NCBI GenBank assembly: GCA_964512235.1
Contig: CAZEGD010000002.1
Span: 40,768 to 104,767, forward strand
Origin: an uncultured archaeon
Lineage (GTDB): Archaea; Aenigmatarchaeota; Aenigmatarchaeia; CG10238-14; SCSR01
Reading direction: 5' to 3'
Length of the DNA stretch: 64,000 nt
Position numbers and translations under genes: made by a program. The notes beneath the pieces were generated by a model that did not search any database, was not told where the DNA came from, and saw nothing but the letters and a program-made list of their open reading frames with translations. Shown piece after piece: positions 8,935-17,541 of this stretch (positions within the stretch are counted from its first letter, which is position 1; each line of letters starts with the position of its first letter).

Positions 8935-9278
8935 AAACGACATTGCACTTACTGGTGGGTAATCATCCAAAGACGGGTAGACTGAAACAAAGAATAACCA
9001 AAATCATCAGGATTTTGAAAGAGAATAAGGGTAAAATCGAGGCAAGCGAGTTGGAAAAGAAGTTAGGGATATCACGAACAGACGATCCAAGTCTCTTCTA
9101 CAAGCCGTTAAAGTCCATGAGGGACTGGGATTTGGTACAGTCGCACCGTACAGTGGAGTTTGATAGCAAAGGTAAGAAGCATTTTAAGACTACATACGAG
9201 CTAACACCAAGCTTCTTTTACCGCTACATAGAAAAAACGCTGTTGGAAAAGGTCAGAACGGAGTTAGAAATGATCTAA
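8931..9278 (+). CDS. Winged-helix DNA-binding protein
   Basis: RILKENKGKIEASELEKKLGISRT ... wing; start overlaps the previous gene by 4 nt. Confidence 0.5.
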   Translation: MKTTLHLLVGNHPKTGRLKQRITKIIRILKENKGKIEASELEKKLGISRTDDPSLFYKPLKSMRDWDLVQSHRTVEFDSKGKKHFKTTYELTPSFFYRYIEKTLLEKVRTELEMI

Positions 9279-9414
9279 TACATCTTACGAAAAGATGAAG
9301 TCCTCTACATGCGTTTTCAGCCATACAAACTATAAAAGGAGTGTAAACTTAAGTTTCTTCTGTATACAAGTTCTTCACTCTCACATCTAGTCAGGATTCG
9401 TACCAATCATTTAA

Positions 9415-9708
9415 TCAAGGAGAACTGACGAGTTGTGGAGTTTTCTCAAGTTTTTTCTTGTAGTTTTCCACACGTTTCTTTAACTCTGGGTCCTTTTCAA
9501 TCAATATGTTATAAAGGATTACAGCATCTTCTGAAGTCTTGAAAAGTTGGCCTTCGACTTCATTTTTAACATTTAGATAAAGATCCACTGCCTCGTCAAA
9601 TGGCAATACCGCGACCAGTTCTGGAGCGCCAGGGTTCTTCTTTCTGGCATACACATGCAACTTATCGCCAACGAACTTAGTCCAAACATCTAGGTTTGGG
9701 TTCTCCAT
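9415..9708 (-). CDS. Hypothetical protein (97 aa)
   Basis: ORF only; repeat copy E (9342..9395) lies just 3' of it. Confidence 0.4.
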   Translation of the reverse strand: MENPNLDVWTKFVGDKLHVYARKKNPGAPELVAVLPFDEAVDLYLNVKNEVEGQLFKTSEDAVILYNILIEKDPELKKRVENYKKKLEKTPQLVSSP

Positions 9709-9768
9709 AAAAACTTCTGCTGATTATGTTAATTTAAGCATTGTAGTGTTGCTTAACCAGTATCGGGT

Positions 9769-10065
9769 TTAGAGATTTTCTCTATGGAGCGATTCTCTGA
9801 CTTTTTCCAAATTTTTTTCAGCGTCTTCGTATGGATTTCTTTTCATAATCTTTACAGCTTCTTTCCCTTTCTGAGTTATGTGCAAATCGCCGTCTGTACC
9901 TATCTCAACATAAGGACCTAAAAGAAGTTCATCTAAAGCCTTTTTCACCCTAGTAGGATTATTCGGAAATTCGTTGTATATCTTATCTCTTGGCATAGAT
10001 TCTTTCTCACATATTAAACGTAGGATATATCCGATGGGGCTATTTGTCATTTTTCCACCAAACAA
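9769..10065 (-). CDS. Winged-helix transcription regulator-like protein
   Basis: PIGYILRLICEKESMPRDKIYNEF...LGPYVEI..DGDLHITQKG pattern. Confidence 0.45.
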   Translation of the reverse strand: MFGGKMTNSPIGYILRLICEKESMPRDKIYNEFPNNPTRVKKALDELLLGPYVEIGTDGDLHITQKGKEAVKIMKRNPYEDAEKNLEKVRESLHRENL

Positions 10066-10115
10066 ATTATAAAAGCGAGAGATTTAAATCTCACCCTACA
10101 TATACTTCAGAACTC

Positions 10116-10607
10116 TCACTTTTCCATCAGAAGCCCGTCTACATAGTCTATTTGGTCTTCCGGTTTTTCGTGTGATCTGACTAATTCTTCATAAATTTGT
10201 CTGACCCGATGCACATTGTCGCTGTCTATCCAGTATATACGTCCTGCGCGCTCTTTTTCAACTTCTCCGTATCCAGAAGTGATAATACCCCGATCTCCTA
10301 AAACATCTAATGATGACGATATTTCATTTCTTTCAATTAAACCCTCGAAATAGTCTACAAGTCTTGTAAATGTAGCGGGTATTTTAGTCATGTTGTATTT
10401 GTAAATCTGTACGGCTATCTTCAGATAATTATCTAGACTTTCCATAGCATTTGGGTCTGCTTTTTTGAATTCTTTGTTCTGATTCTTTAATGGGAGTGGA
10501 ACTTCAGGTATGTCTGACCCAATTAAGAAAAGTTCTTTTGGTTTCGGAAGCAAAATATCACCTAGAATAAATATAGAGTTTAAACTTTTATATTCGGTAT
10601 ACGCCAC
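10116..10607 (-). CDS. Hypothetical protein (163 aa)
   Basis: ORF; its stop codon is embedded in repeat copy F (10111..10130). Confidence 0.45.
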   Translation of the reverse strand: MAYTEYKSLNSIFILGDILLPKPKELFLIGSDIPEVPLPLKNQNKEFKKADPNAMESLDNYLKIAVQIYKYNMTKIPATFTRLVDYFEGLIERNEISSSLDVLGDRGIITSGYGEVEKERAGRIYWIDSDNVHRVRQIYEELVRSHEKPEDQIDYVDGLLMEK

Positions 10608-10623
10608 ATTGGCTTATTCTAGT

Positions 10624-10920
10624 CTATCCTGCATACACTTCTTTACTCTCACTCTTCACTTCTTTTGGCAGGAAGAAAAGGCCACCATGCAATAGAATTG
10701 CATAAAGGATTATCCTCATGAAGTCTGGAGATTCCATCTTTTTTATCTTTTTTAGGTAGGTTGATACTGTATTCCTGGATATGCCAAGCATTTCCGCTAT
10801 TTCTAGGTTGTTGTAGCCTCTTGCGTTTAATATTATTATCTCTTTTAGCATTATTGGTTTGAAGCCGTATCTCTTTGCTAGTGTGTTGAATAGCTGGTTT
10901 AGGTATCTTTCTATCTTCAT
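10624..10920 (-). CDS. HTH_10 (bacterio-opsin-activator-type) helix-turn-helix protein with a C-terminal TM segment
   Basis: GYNNLEIAEMLGISRNTVSTYLKKI HTH; hydrophobic segment IILYAILLHGGLFFL. Confidence 0.5.
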   Translation of the reverse strand: MKIERYLNQLFNTLAKRYGFKPIMLKEIIILNARGYNNLEIAEMLGISRNTVSTYLKKIKKMESPDFMRIILYAILLHGGLFFLPKEVKSESKEVYAG

Positions 10921-10964
10921 GTTAAATATTGTGCATTTTGCATATATTTAAACTATTTACATAA

Positions 10965-11177
10965 TTAAAAAATAAATACATGAAGGAAAAGAAAAATAAA
11001 GATCAGTCCTATCAAAATAAGTTCAATCAATACTAGTTTCGTTAATTCTTGTATTTCCATAGTAATCTGGGGAATACCAAAAATTGCTCCGATGATTAAG
11101 AAAAATACAGTTAAGGCTCCGAAGAAAATCGCAATTTTCTGTTCTGTAGTATATTTCTCTTTTTTATTAATTTTCAT
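10965..11177 (-). CDS. Small membrane protein (70 aa)
   Basis: Two hydrophobic helices; start overlaps the upstream gene. Confidence 0.4.
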   Translation of the reverse strand: MKINKKEKYTTEQKIAIFFGALTVFFLIIGAIFGIPQITMEIQELTKLVLIELILIGLIFIFLFLHVFIF

Positions 11178-11380
11178 CGACTCAACCTCGATATTATGCC
11201 AATAATTATCGAAATTATCATCGCTACTATTACGAAGAAGAATAGTAATGAATAACCTGGTGCCAGTTCTGTTAATATTGGACCTAAAGCATAGGTAATA
11301 ATGATAATTATAAAAATTGTAAGTAGAGCTTCAAAAACAAATGAAATTATATTTTGTCCTTTATTCTTCATATTTACCAT
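11174..11380 (-). CDS. Small membrane protein (68 aa)
   Basis: Two hydrophobic helices; 4-nt overlap with the downstream gene. Confidence 0.4.
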   Translation of the reverse strand: MVNMKNKGQNIISFVFEALLTIFIIIIITYALGPILTELAPGYSLLFFFVIVAMIISIIIGIISRLSR

Positions 11381-11464
11381 CTTACTTCACAAAAATAAAT
11401 AGTTTGATAATTCCTCAATCTTTATTAATCTTCTGATTAAATTCTGTAATTAGATAGATTTTTC

Positions 11465-12433
11465 TTAACTAGAAAATGTTACATCAAAAACTTTCACTTC
11501 TATTAGAGGATTTGCAGCTGCAGCATATTCAAGATAAGTATCTTTCTTACCAACAACAATTATACCTCTAACTCCTTTACCCTCTTTCTCGGCCATATGT
11601 TTTTTTATCCAACCCATATATCTCGATATCTGGTCTATTATTGAAGAACCAGCTTTTGATTTTTTCAATTCAACAACAACATAATCTGCATTACTACATA
11701 ATAAATCGAGTCTTCCAACATCGGTAACTTTCTGCCTAGCGACTACTTTAAGATGTGGGTCTAACTTATGGATGTTTTGCTCTATGATGGTCTCTAAATT
11801 CCTTTCAAGGATTTCTGTGTAGCCTATCTGCCTACTAACTTTTTCTTTTATTATTTCTTTTTTATCGTCTTCTTTGATATCCGACTTTATCTCAACCCAC
11901 CTTCCCTCTTCGAGGTAATTCAAGAATTCGTCTATCGACCCAAATTTTTCTACCAAAGGCGTTAATCTATCTCCGCTTATTTGCATAAAGCCTTGTGGAG
12001 TATAGTTAGGTGCATAACCTACAACTTTATTGAAATCTGAAACAGGAACCGATAGTTCTCTTAGATTATCAAGAAGGTACATATATTCCCAAGTTTGTCC
12101 AGAGGAGTCCGTACTCCATAAAAATTTAGCTAATTCAAGATTATGTATTTTGTGTACGACGGTAGCAATATATTCGTAATTCCCCTTTCTATAAATCAGA
12201 ATTTTATCATTGACTTCTAGGTTGCGCCAATTTCGTATGTTTCCACTTCCAGGTGTGGCTCCCCATGCCCTTATTTTTCTATCGCGGAAATAATCTTCCA
12301 CATCTTTCAAATCATTCTCTGATAGAAATTGTTTTATTTTATTATCTAAAGTGAATCCTTCTTCTATTGTATCAATATAATGTCTGTAAGCTTCGTCTCT
12401 ACTTGCTGTAAAAACGAATAATTTGGCGGTCAT
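11465..12433 (-). CDS. Nuclease with a NucS/EndoMS-type C-terminal RecB-like PD-(D/E)xK domain fused to a ~200-aa N-terminal PUA/EVE-like beta-barrel region
   Basis: C-terminal GRLDLLCSNADYVVVELKKSKAGSSIIDQISRYMGWIKKHM...GVRGIIVVG closely parallels the NucS C-terminal domain (IDLL..D..VVIELKRG.A...VGQLLRY.GWV...VRGILVA); the N-terminus is not NucS-like. Confidence 0.6.
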   Translation of the reverse strand: MTAKLFVFTASRDEAYRHYIDTIEEGFTLDNKIKQFLSENDLKDVEDYFRDRKIRAWGATPGSGNIRNWRNLEVNDKILIYRKGNYEYIATVVHKIHNLELAKFLWSTDSSGQTWEYMYLLDNLRELSVPVSDFNKVVGYAPNYTPQGFMQISGDRLTPLVEKFGSIDEFLNYLEEGRWVEIKSDIKEDDKKEIIKEKVSRQIGYTEILERNLETIIEQNIHKLDPHLKVVARQKVTDVGRLDLLCSNADYVVVELKKSKAGSSIIDQISRYMGWIKKHMAEKEGKGVRGIIVVGKKDTYLEYAAAANPLIEVKVFDVTFSS

Positions 12434-12458
12434 AGTGTACTACTAGTTAATTGAACTC

Positions 12459-12492
12459 TCAATTTTATATTATATTCCTTTTTCTAGAGCAC
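12459..12492 (-). promoter_or_regulatory. Promoter module copy 1 (TGCTCTAGAAAAAGGAATATAA + TATA box), ~35 nt upstream of the 11465..12433 start
   Basis: Minus-strand reading tgctctagaaaaaggaatataatataaaatt; near-identical to the copy at 14623..14652. Confidence 0.55.
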
Positions 12493-12507
12493 ACTTCCGG
12501 CGAGAAT

Positions 12508-13920
12508 CTAAACTCTATAACCTCTTCCTTCTTTTACCATCTTCGTCTTCGGTGACAATCTCCTAAACATGCCCGGATGCTCAGTATGCACAGGAAATAG
12601 CATCTTCGGCTTGATCCTCTCTATCAATTCTTTCAAATCCGTACCTGACATGTGCCCGCTACAGTGGCACTGCACCTGACGCAGATCAAAATGCTCCATC
12701 CAGTTCTTCATCCTCCCAGCAGACATCTCCATCTCCTCGTTGAACGGCTCGGAAAGAGAGTGTATATACAGGCTATCTTTCGGCTTCAAATCCACGAGCA
12801 TATTGAAGTACCAGAAATTCAGCACGGTCATGTAATCATTCGGCTTCTTCTGCATGTCTTCTGCTGTGATAATGTTCGGATAATCCATCCTTTCCCTTAT
12901 GTACTTGTCCGAATAGTCCTTGTCATCATAAGTGCCTGTCATCCGCTTCGGCTTAAGCAGATAGATACCTTTACCAGTACTATCTGGCACATTCAGCGTC
13001 TTATCCATATGATAGCGCTCCAGAAAGCACGCGTGCTTGAAGCTGATCACAAGCTTCTTCTCTACCTCTTGTGAAATGCGATAGAAAGTGCGGAATCGGT
13101 CCACATCCTTGAAATTGAAGTCTACTATGGACAGTCCCCTGTTCTTCAGTATCTCCCTCTTCGAGTCAGCATACACCTTCGCCTCTGATTCATCGGTCTT
13201 TTTGATGTCAATTCTGGTGCCTTCAGTTATCATCGCTATCGGTTTCACTTCCTCCGCTCTCTTCATAAAGTCCATAGTCATCTCCGAATGAGCACCATGC
13301 ATCCGCATATCTCCAGTATAAACGACTGGACCTTTGCTTGTATGTATGATGAAACCGTACGCGCCAGGGACGCTGTGATCCACATGAATGGGTTCTATCT
13401 CCAATGACCCAATCTTGAACTTCTTGCCTGTCCTAAATGTATGAAAGGTGCGCTCTTCCGGAGGCTTCCTGTAGTCCGTGCGAAATAAAGGCCGCTTCTT
13501 GAAGTTCAGCACTTCATTCTCTATGCCCCTCTGGCTCTGCTCTTCCACTGCCTGCAATATGCGATGGCATGTCTCTCCGCAATATATCGGAATGTCCTTG
13601 TGCAAAAACGAAATATAGTTTGCATGGTCTGCATGCGCATGCGAGAGAACGACTCCGTCTATCTCCGGATCTTTCGGCTTACGTCCATAATGTTTGAGCA
13701 AATCATCGCGGTAGACACCTTCTATGTCTGGTATCAGTCCCATTGCAAGGAAGTCGCCTATGCCGTTTGCTGTTCTTGGCTTCAGGAACTCTTCGAAGAA
13801 TTGTGCACGCTTGCCAAAGCTCATTCCGAAATCTAAAAATATTTTGGTACCTTTATCTTCCAACAGTATCTTGTTACCGCCAATTTCCTTCACTCCGCCA
13901 TAGAAAGTTAGTTTGACCAT
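12508..13920 (-). CDS. rnj: Archaeal RNase J-like beta-CASP ribonuclease (metallo-beta-lactamase fold)
   Basis: HAHADH motif plus downstream D/H beta-lactamase motifs and a beta-CASP C-terminus; start chosen at MVKLTFYGG, while the ORF-track start is 13959. Confidence 0.8.
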   Translation of the reverse strand: MVKLTFYGGVKEIGGNKILLEDKGTKIFLDFGMSFGKRAQFFEEFLKPRTANGIGDFLAMGLIPDIEGVYRDDLLKHYGRKPKDPEIDGVVLSHAHADHANYISFLHKDIPIYCGETCHRILQAVEEQSQRGIENEVLNFKKRPLFRTDYRKPPEERTFHTFRTGKKFKIGSLEIEPIHVDHSVPGAYGFIIHTSKGPVVYTGDMRMHGAHSEMTMDFMKRAEEVKPIAMITEGTRIDIKKTDESEAKVYADSKREILKNRGLSIVDFNFKDVDRFRTFYRISQEVEKKLVISFKHACFLERYHMDKTLNVPDSTGKGIYLLKPKRMTGTYDDKDYSDKYIRERMDYPNIITAEDMQKKPNDYMTVLNFWYFNMLVDLKPKDSLYIHSLSEPFNEEMEMSAGRMKNWMEHFDLRQVQCHCSGHMSGTDLKELIERIKPKMLFPVHTEHPGMFRRLSPKTKMVKEGRGYRV

Positions 13921-13965
13921 ATTCTCAATTGATAATTGGTATGAAACAGATAAAAGCAATATTTT

Positions 13966-14589
13966 TCAACCATAGAAAGGATATCTTCTATGCATCATCC
14001 GCCTTAGATCAGCGTCAAGCTTTGCACTTAACTCACGTTGCTGCTTAGAGATAGATTCCAAGCCGCTAACAACATATGGGCCCTCTAGAATTGGTGGTTC
14101 TATTGCCGAAAGTTGTTGTGGCAATCGTCTGGTCGCTTTTAGTGTAGATTGCATAACCTTTTTCATAATAGCATTCACAGCTTGATTGGGTGTTTTTAAT
14201 CCTTGCTCAACTTCCGATTTCATCTCCATCGTAAACTCCATAACTTCTTTCATGTCAACATTTCTGAACCCATAAGGGATTTCTGCCCCGCGTCTAAACC
14301 CTTTTCCCACAGCTTGTGGCATCCCGGGCACCCTTGGGATTCTAATCCTTGGTGCTGATCTTTCAAAGTCAAAATCTTTTATCTCAATTCCTATAACAGT
14401 TGGTTTTGTTTTGTAGATTGTATCTTTCTTCAGTAGCCATGCAGCATCTGGTGAGTAGATTAAAGCATCGTAGAATCCGCCTGGGCTTCTGTAAGTTATA
14501 GCGCCCCATTTAAAATCTCTACCATGCGGTTTTTTGTTATACTTCTTCAGTATATCATCCCAAATTTCTTCTCCCGGCAACACGCCCAT
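13966..14589 (-). CDS. Hypothetical protein (207 aa), probably co-transcribed with RNase J
   Basis: ORF preceded by promoter module copy 2; no recognisable domain. Confidence 0.5.
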   Translation of the reverse strand: MGVLPGEEIWDDILKKYNKKPHGRDFKWGAITYRSPGGFYDALIYSPDAAWLLKKDTIYKTKPTVIGIEIKDFDFERSAPRIRIPRVPGMPQAVGKGFRRGAEIPYGFRNVDMKEVMEFTMEMKSEVEQGLKTPNQAVNAIMKKVMQSTLKATRRLPQQLSAIEPPILEGPYVVSGLESISKQQRELSAKLDADLRRMMHRRYPFYG

Positions 14590-14622
14590 AATATCTACCC
14601 CTACAAGTAGTAGATTATCTCT

Positions 14623-14652
14623 TAATTTTTATATTCCTTTTTCTAGAGCAGA
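14623..14652 (-). promoter_or_regulatory. Promoter module copy 2 (TGCTCTAGAAAAAGGAATATAAAAATT), ~35 nt upstream of the 13966..14589 start
   Basis: 21-nt exact identity (tatattcctttttctagagca) with copy 1, plus flanking similarity. Confidence 0.55.
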
Positions 14653-14720
14653 CTCCCACCAAGACTCTGTCGTTCTTGAGTAAAGATAAGAATTTATTTC
14701 TAATCGTCCAAGCATAGTCT

Positions 14721-15110
14721 ATGGGGAGTAAAACGCCTAGAGATATAATTATAGTATTAAAAAAAGGTAGGATGGTTCCTATACTTGAGAGCCTTGGTTG
14801 GGATCTTCTCCCACGTGGAGGTGAAAAACCAGACATCTTTGAAATAGCTGCTAGAAGAAATGCTCTAAAGGAAGTCTACAAAGAGTATGAACCTGTAATT
14901 GAAACCCTGCAGAAGTACGGACCCTCGACTCTGGAGCAGATTAGCGGATATACCGGAAGACCATATGGAGAAGATAAAGGATATTTAGAACTTTTGCTCA
15001 TGATTGATGTGGTGAAAAAAGAAGATGGAATATACAGATTAGCTGCAGATGTGAAAGAAGTATTATCGCTTTTTGATGTTGATGGTAGCTCCGTTATGAT
15101 ACTTCCCTAA
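14721..15110 (+). CDS. Hypothetical winged-helix protein (129 aa)
   Basis: LEQISGYTGRPYGEDKGYLELLLMIDVVKKEDGIYRL helix-wing pattern. Confidence 0.45.
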   Translation: MGSKTPRDIIIVLKKGRMVPILESLGWDLLPRGGEKPDIFEIAARRNALKEVYKEYEPVIETLQKYGPSTLEQISGYTGRPYGEDKGYLELLLMIDVVKKEDGIYRLAADVKEVLSLFDVDGSSVMILP

Positions 15111-15185
15111 AAACTAGTGTCCTAGATAATTAAAAAACTTAAATCCTTAACGAACTACCTAAAAATAGGTTTGATGTAAAGAAAC

Positions 15186-16166
15186 TTATGGCAGATCCGG
15201 CAGCTTCTCGTCAATCTTCTCGAACCCCTCCTTGAATATGTCTATTATCCTCTCCTTCTCTTTCCTGAGCTTCCTGTTGTGCGACTCGAGGCAGATGCCT
15301 GCTAACATCAGTAGCCCACCACCCATGATTGTCTCAGGCATTATCTGCTCGCCTATCACCACTGACGCTAAGACTATAGACAATATCGGTGTTATCATTA
15401 TCGCTATCAATGACCCTGTCTCCGCTTCTATTCGCTTTAGTGCCAGATTGTAAAACAGGTGAGCAAGCGCTGTGGAGACAATTCCTAGAATGACTAGATA
15501 TACTATGCTGCTTGAGATTTCACCCAATCCATAGATGAATGGGAAGGGGGACAGTAGTATCGAAGCGAAGAGAAAGAACCAAACCACGGCTCCGATGCCG
15601 TGTGTCTTGCCCTCTTTCCTCATATTGACTATTAACAACCCGTAAAAGACTGCACCCGTCAGAGCTAACATATTTCCCAAGTTGCTTTCTCCAAACTGGA
15701 ATGGGTTTATTATCAACAACCCAGCAGCTGCAATGATTAGAGTTATTATCTTTGTCAAAGTGATTTTTTCTTTTAATAAGAAATATCCAAAGACTAAAAC
15801 AAAAAATGGGTAACTATAATTCAGCAAGACTGCGTTCTGTATCGATGTGAATATGTTTGCGGCTGTATATAGTGACAGCGATATAGCGTAAATGGAACCG
15901 ATAAGGAAAAAGTCTTTTGCATCCTTCTTTGTAATTTTATACCACTTCTTGTCAAGAAATGGCACTACCGCCAGCAGAAAGAGGAGGCCGAAGAAGATTC
16001 TAAAAAAGTTTAGAGTCATTATTGGAATTGTGTCTCCAATCAGTTTGACGAGCACACCTATAGTACCCAGGCAAAGAGCAGCCAATACCATGTAAGTGTA
16101 GTTCAAACGCCTCATAGATAGAATATTTGATTGGTAGAATAAAACTCTCCAAACAAGTCTTTTCAT
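15186..16166 (-). CDS. EamA/DMT-family transporter (10 TM); true start possibly the internal Met at 16115
   Basis: Two EamA-like repeats of 5 TM each; hydropathy profile. Confidence 0.75.
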   Translation of the reverse strand: MKRLVWRVLFYQSNILSMRRLNYTYMVLAALCLGTIGVLVKLIGDTIPIMTLNFFRIFFGLLFLLAVVPFLDKKWYKITKKDAKDFFLIGSIYAISLSLYTAANIFTSIQNAVLLNYSYPFFVLVFGYFLLKEKITLTKIITLIIAAAGLLIINPFQFGESNLGNMLALTGAVFYGLLIVNMRKEGKTHGIGAVVWFFLFASILLSPFPFIYGLGEISSSIVYLVILGIVSTALAHLFYNLALKRIEAETGSLIAIMITPILSIVLASVVIGEQIMPETIMGGGLLMLAGICLESHNRKLRKEKERIIDIFKEGFEKIDEKLPDLP

Positions 16167-16177
16167 TTAAATTTTAT

Positions 16178-16396
16178 TCACACTTTGCCTTTTTCAAAGC
16201 CATTATTTTTACGATATGCGCGCTCCAAGAATGCAGTATATGGAGTTCTATCATTAAAATTCAAAACTAACCGACAATAAGTTTGATGAGCAAAATAATG
16301 AAGACTAGCATGACCTTCCAAGAAACCTTTCATCTTGTCATACGAAACAGATGGAAGGGGTCTTAATGGTTTTAACTCTGTATTAAGTATTTTCAT
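16178..16396 (-). CDS. Hypothetical protein (72 aa), last gene of a six-gene operon
   Basis: ORF, 11-nt gap to the EamA gene. Confidence 0.4.
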   Translation of the reverse strand: MKILNTELKPLRPLPSVSYDKMKGFLEGHASLHYFAHQTYCRLVLNFNDRTPYTAFLERAYRKNNGFEKGKV

Positions 16397-16459
16397 AAAA
16401 TAAACTTCTAAGAAAGAGATTTATGCTTATCGTCTTTTTACATCTTCCGTCAAGAATCT

Positions 16460-16765
16460 TTATTCTAACTTCAGAGATTTTATCAGTTCCAATCTCTCTG
16501 CAGGAATCGCGTTTCTATCCATATATATATTTGGAGGGGCAAGCAACATACCCTTACCAGCCTTAGCGAGTCTCTCTTCACAGTCCCCACCCATTTCCAC
16601 CCAGACTCTCGAAGAGAGTAAATAGACCGCTTTGACTATCGCTGGTATGTCTTTTCCAAGACTATTTCTGTAGAATATCGTATCTCCAGGATTCACGTAC
16701 GCTAAGTCTTCCTCTCCCAGAGGGATTAGATCCATTTTACTCTTTTCCATTCTAACACACTCCAT
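16460..16765 (-). CDS. Hypothetical protein (101 aa)
   Basis: ORF in the operon. Confidence 0.45.
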   Translation of the reverse strand: MECVRMEKSKMDLIPLGEEDLAYVNPGDTIFYRNSLGKDIPAIVKAVYLLSSRVWVEMGGDCEERLAKAGKGMLLAPPNIYMDRNAIPAERLELIKSLKLE

Positions 16766-16780
16766 ATAAATAGAGTTAAT

Positions 16781-17176
16781 TTATGCAAATTCTTTTGGCA
16801 ATGTCTCAGACGGGCAGTAAAATGTTTCCCTTACTTTCGAATCCACAGTCACTACTGGTTTGATTATTTCCCTTTTAGCTTTCAGCCCGCCATCGACGAG
16901 TTTCCAAGCATTGTATAAGGTTTTATAGACTTGACCGGTCTTTTCAACTACACCTACTTCAATGAGAACATTGTAAGTTTTTAATGCCTCTTCTAGATCG
17001 AACAGCTTCTTTGCCCACTTTGGAAGTTTGTCATAAATCTGTGTTATTGTCCCAGGTCCATAACTGCAAAGCATTTCATCGTAAAAAATAGCAGGCTCTT
17101 CTAAATGTATTATTTTACCATCCTTACCTTCCAATCTCAATACAATATCTTTATTCCATTTTTCCATTATCTTCAC
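16781..17176 (-). CDS. Hypothetical protein (131 aa)
   Basis: ORF; 4-nt overlap with the upstream gene. Confidence 0.5.
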   Translation of the reverse strand: MKIMEKWNKDIVLRLEGKDGKIIHLEEPAIFYDEMLCSYGPGTITQIYDKLPKWAKKLFDLEEALKTYNVLIEVGVVEKTGQVYKTLYNAWKLVDGGLKAKREIIKPVVTVDSKVRETFYCPSETLPKEFA

Positions 17177-17499
17177 CTTCCCAATTTAGAGCATAGGTTA
17201 TCATAGAGCTGTTCTATACCCTTTGGTGTCATTGGATTATCATAAGTACCCTGAGACTTAATTGTTGTGCTGTTATTCGTGTTAGAGCGTCTGTATGTAC
17301 TACAAGCTCCTACGACACCCTCAGCTTCTCCAAATTTGTCTACAAGGTCGACCGCTTCAACAAATAGATCATTAGTGATGTTAAATCTCGTCATGTCTAT
17401 TTGAAACAATTTACTAGCTAAATATATCTTAAGTTCTTCATGACCAGGAATACCTTTTGTAATCGCGGATTCTTGCATTGTGTTTTTGCTTACAGCCAT
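17173..17499 (-). CDS. Hypothetical protein (108 aa)
   Basis: ORF in the operon. Confidence 0.5.
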   Translation of the reverse strand: MAVSKNTMQESAITKGIPGHEELKIYLASKLFQIDMTRFNITNDLFVEAVDLVDKFGEAEGVVGACSTYRRSNTNNSTTIKSQGTYDNPMTPKGIEQLYDNLCSKLGR

Positions 17500-17541
17500 A
17501 CTAAAGACCTTGAAAGTTAAGGATTTAAGCCTGTCGACTTG

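Noticed and set aside
7250-10662. Possible CRISPR array, given multiple short repeats
   Set aside because: Repeat copies are not identical, spacing is irregular (220-900 bp), and they overlap coding regions. No cas genes nearby.
12652-13291. Plus-strand ORFs inside the RNase J gene
   Set aside because: Antisense shadows of a well-supported gene.
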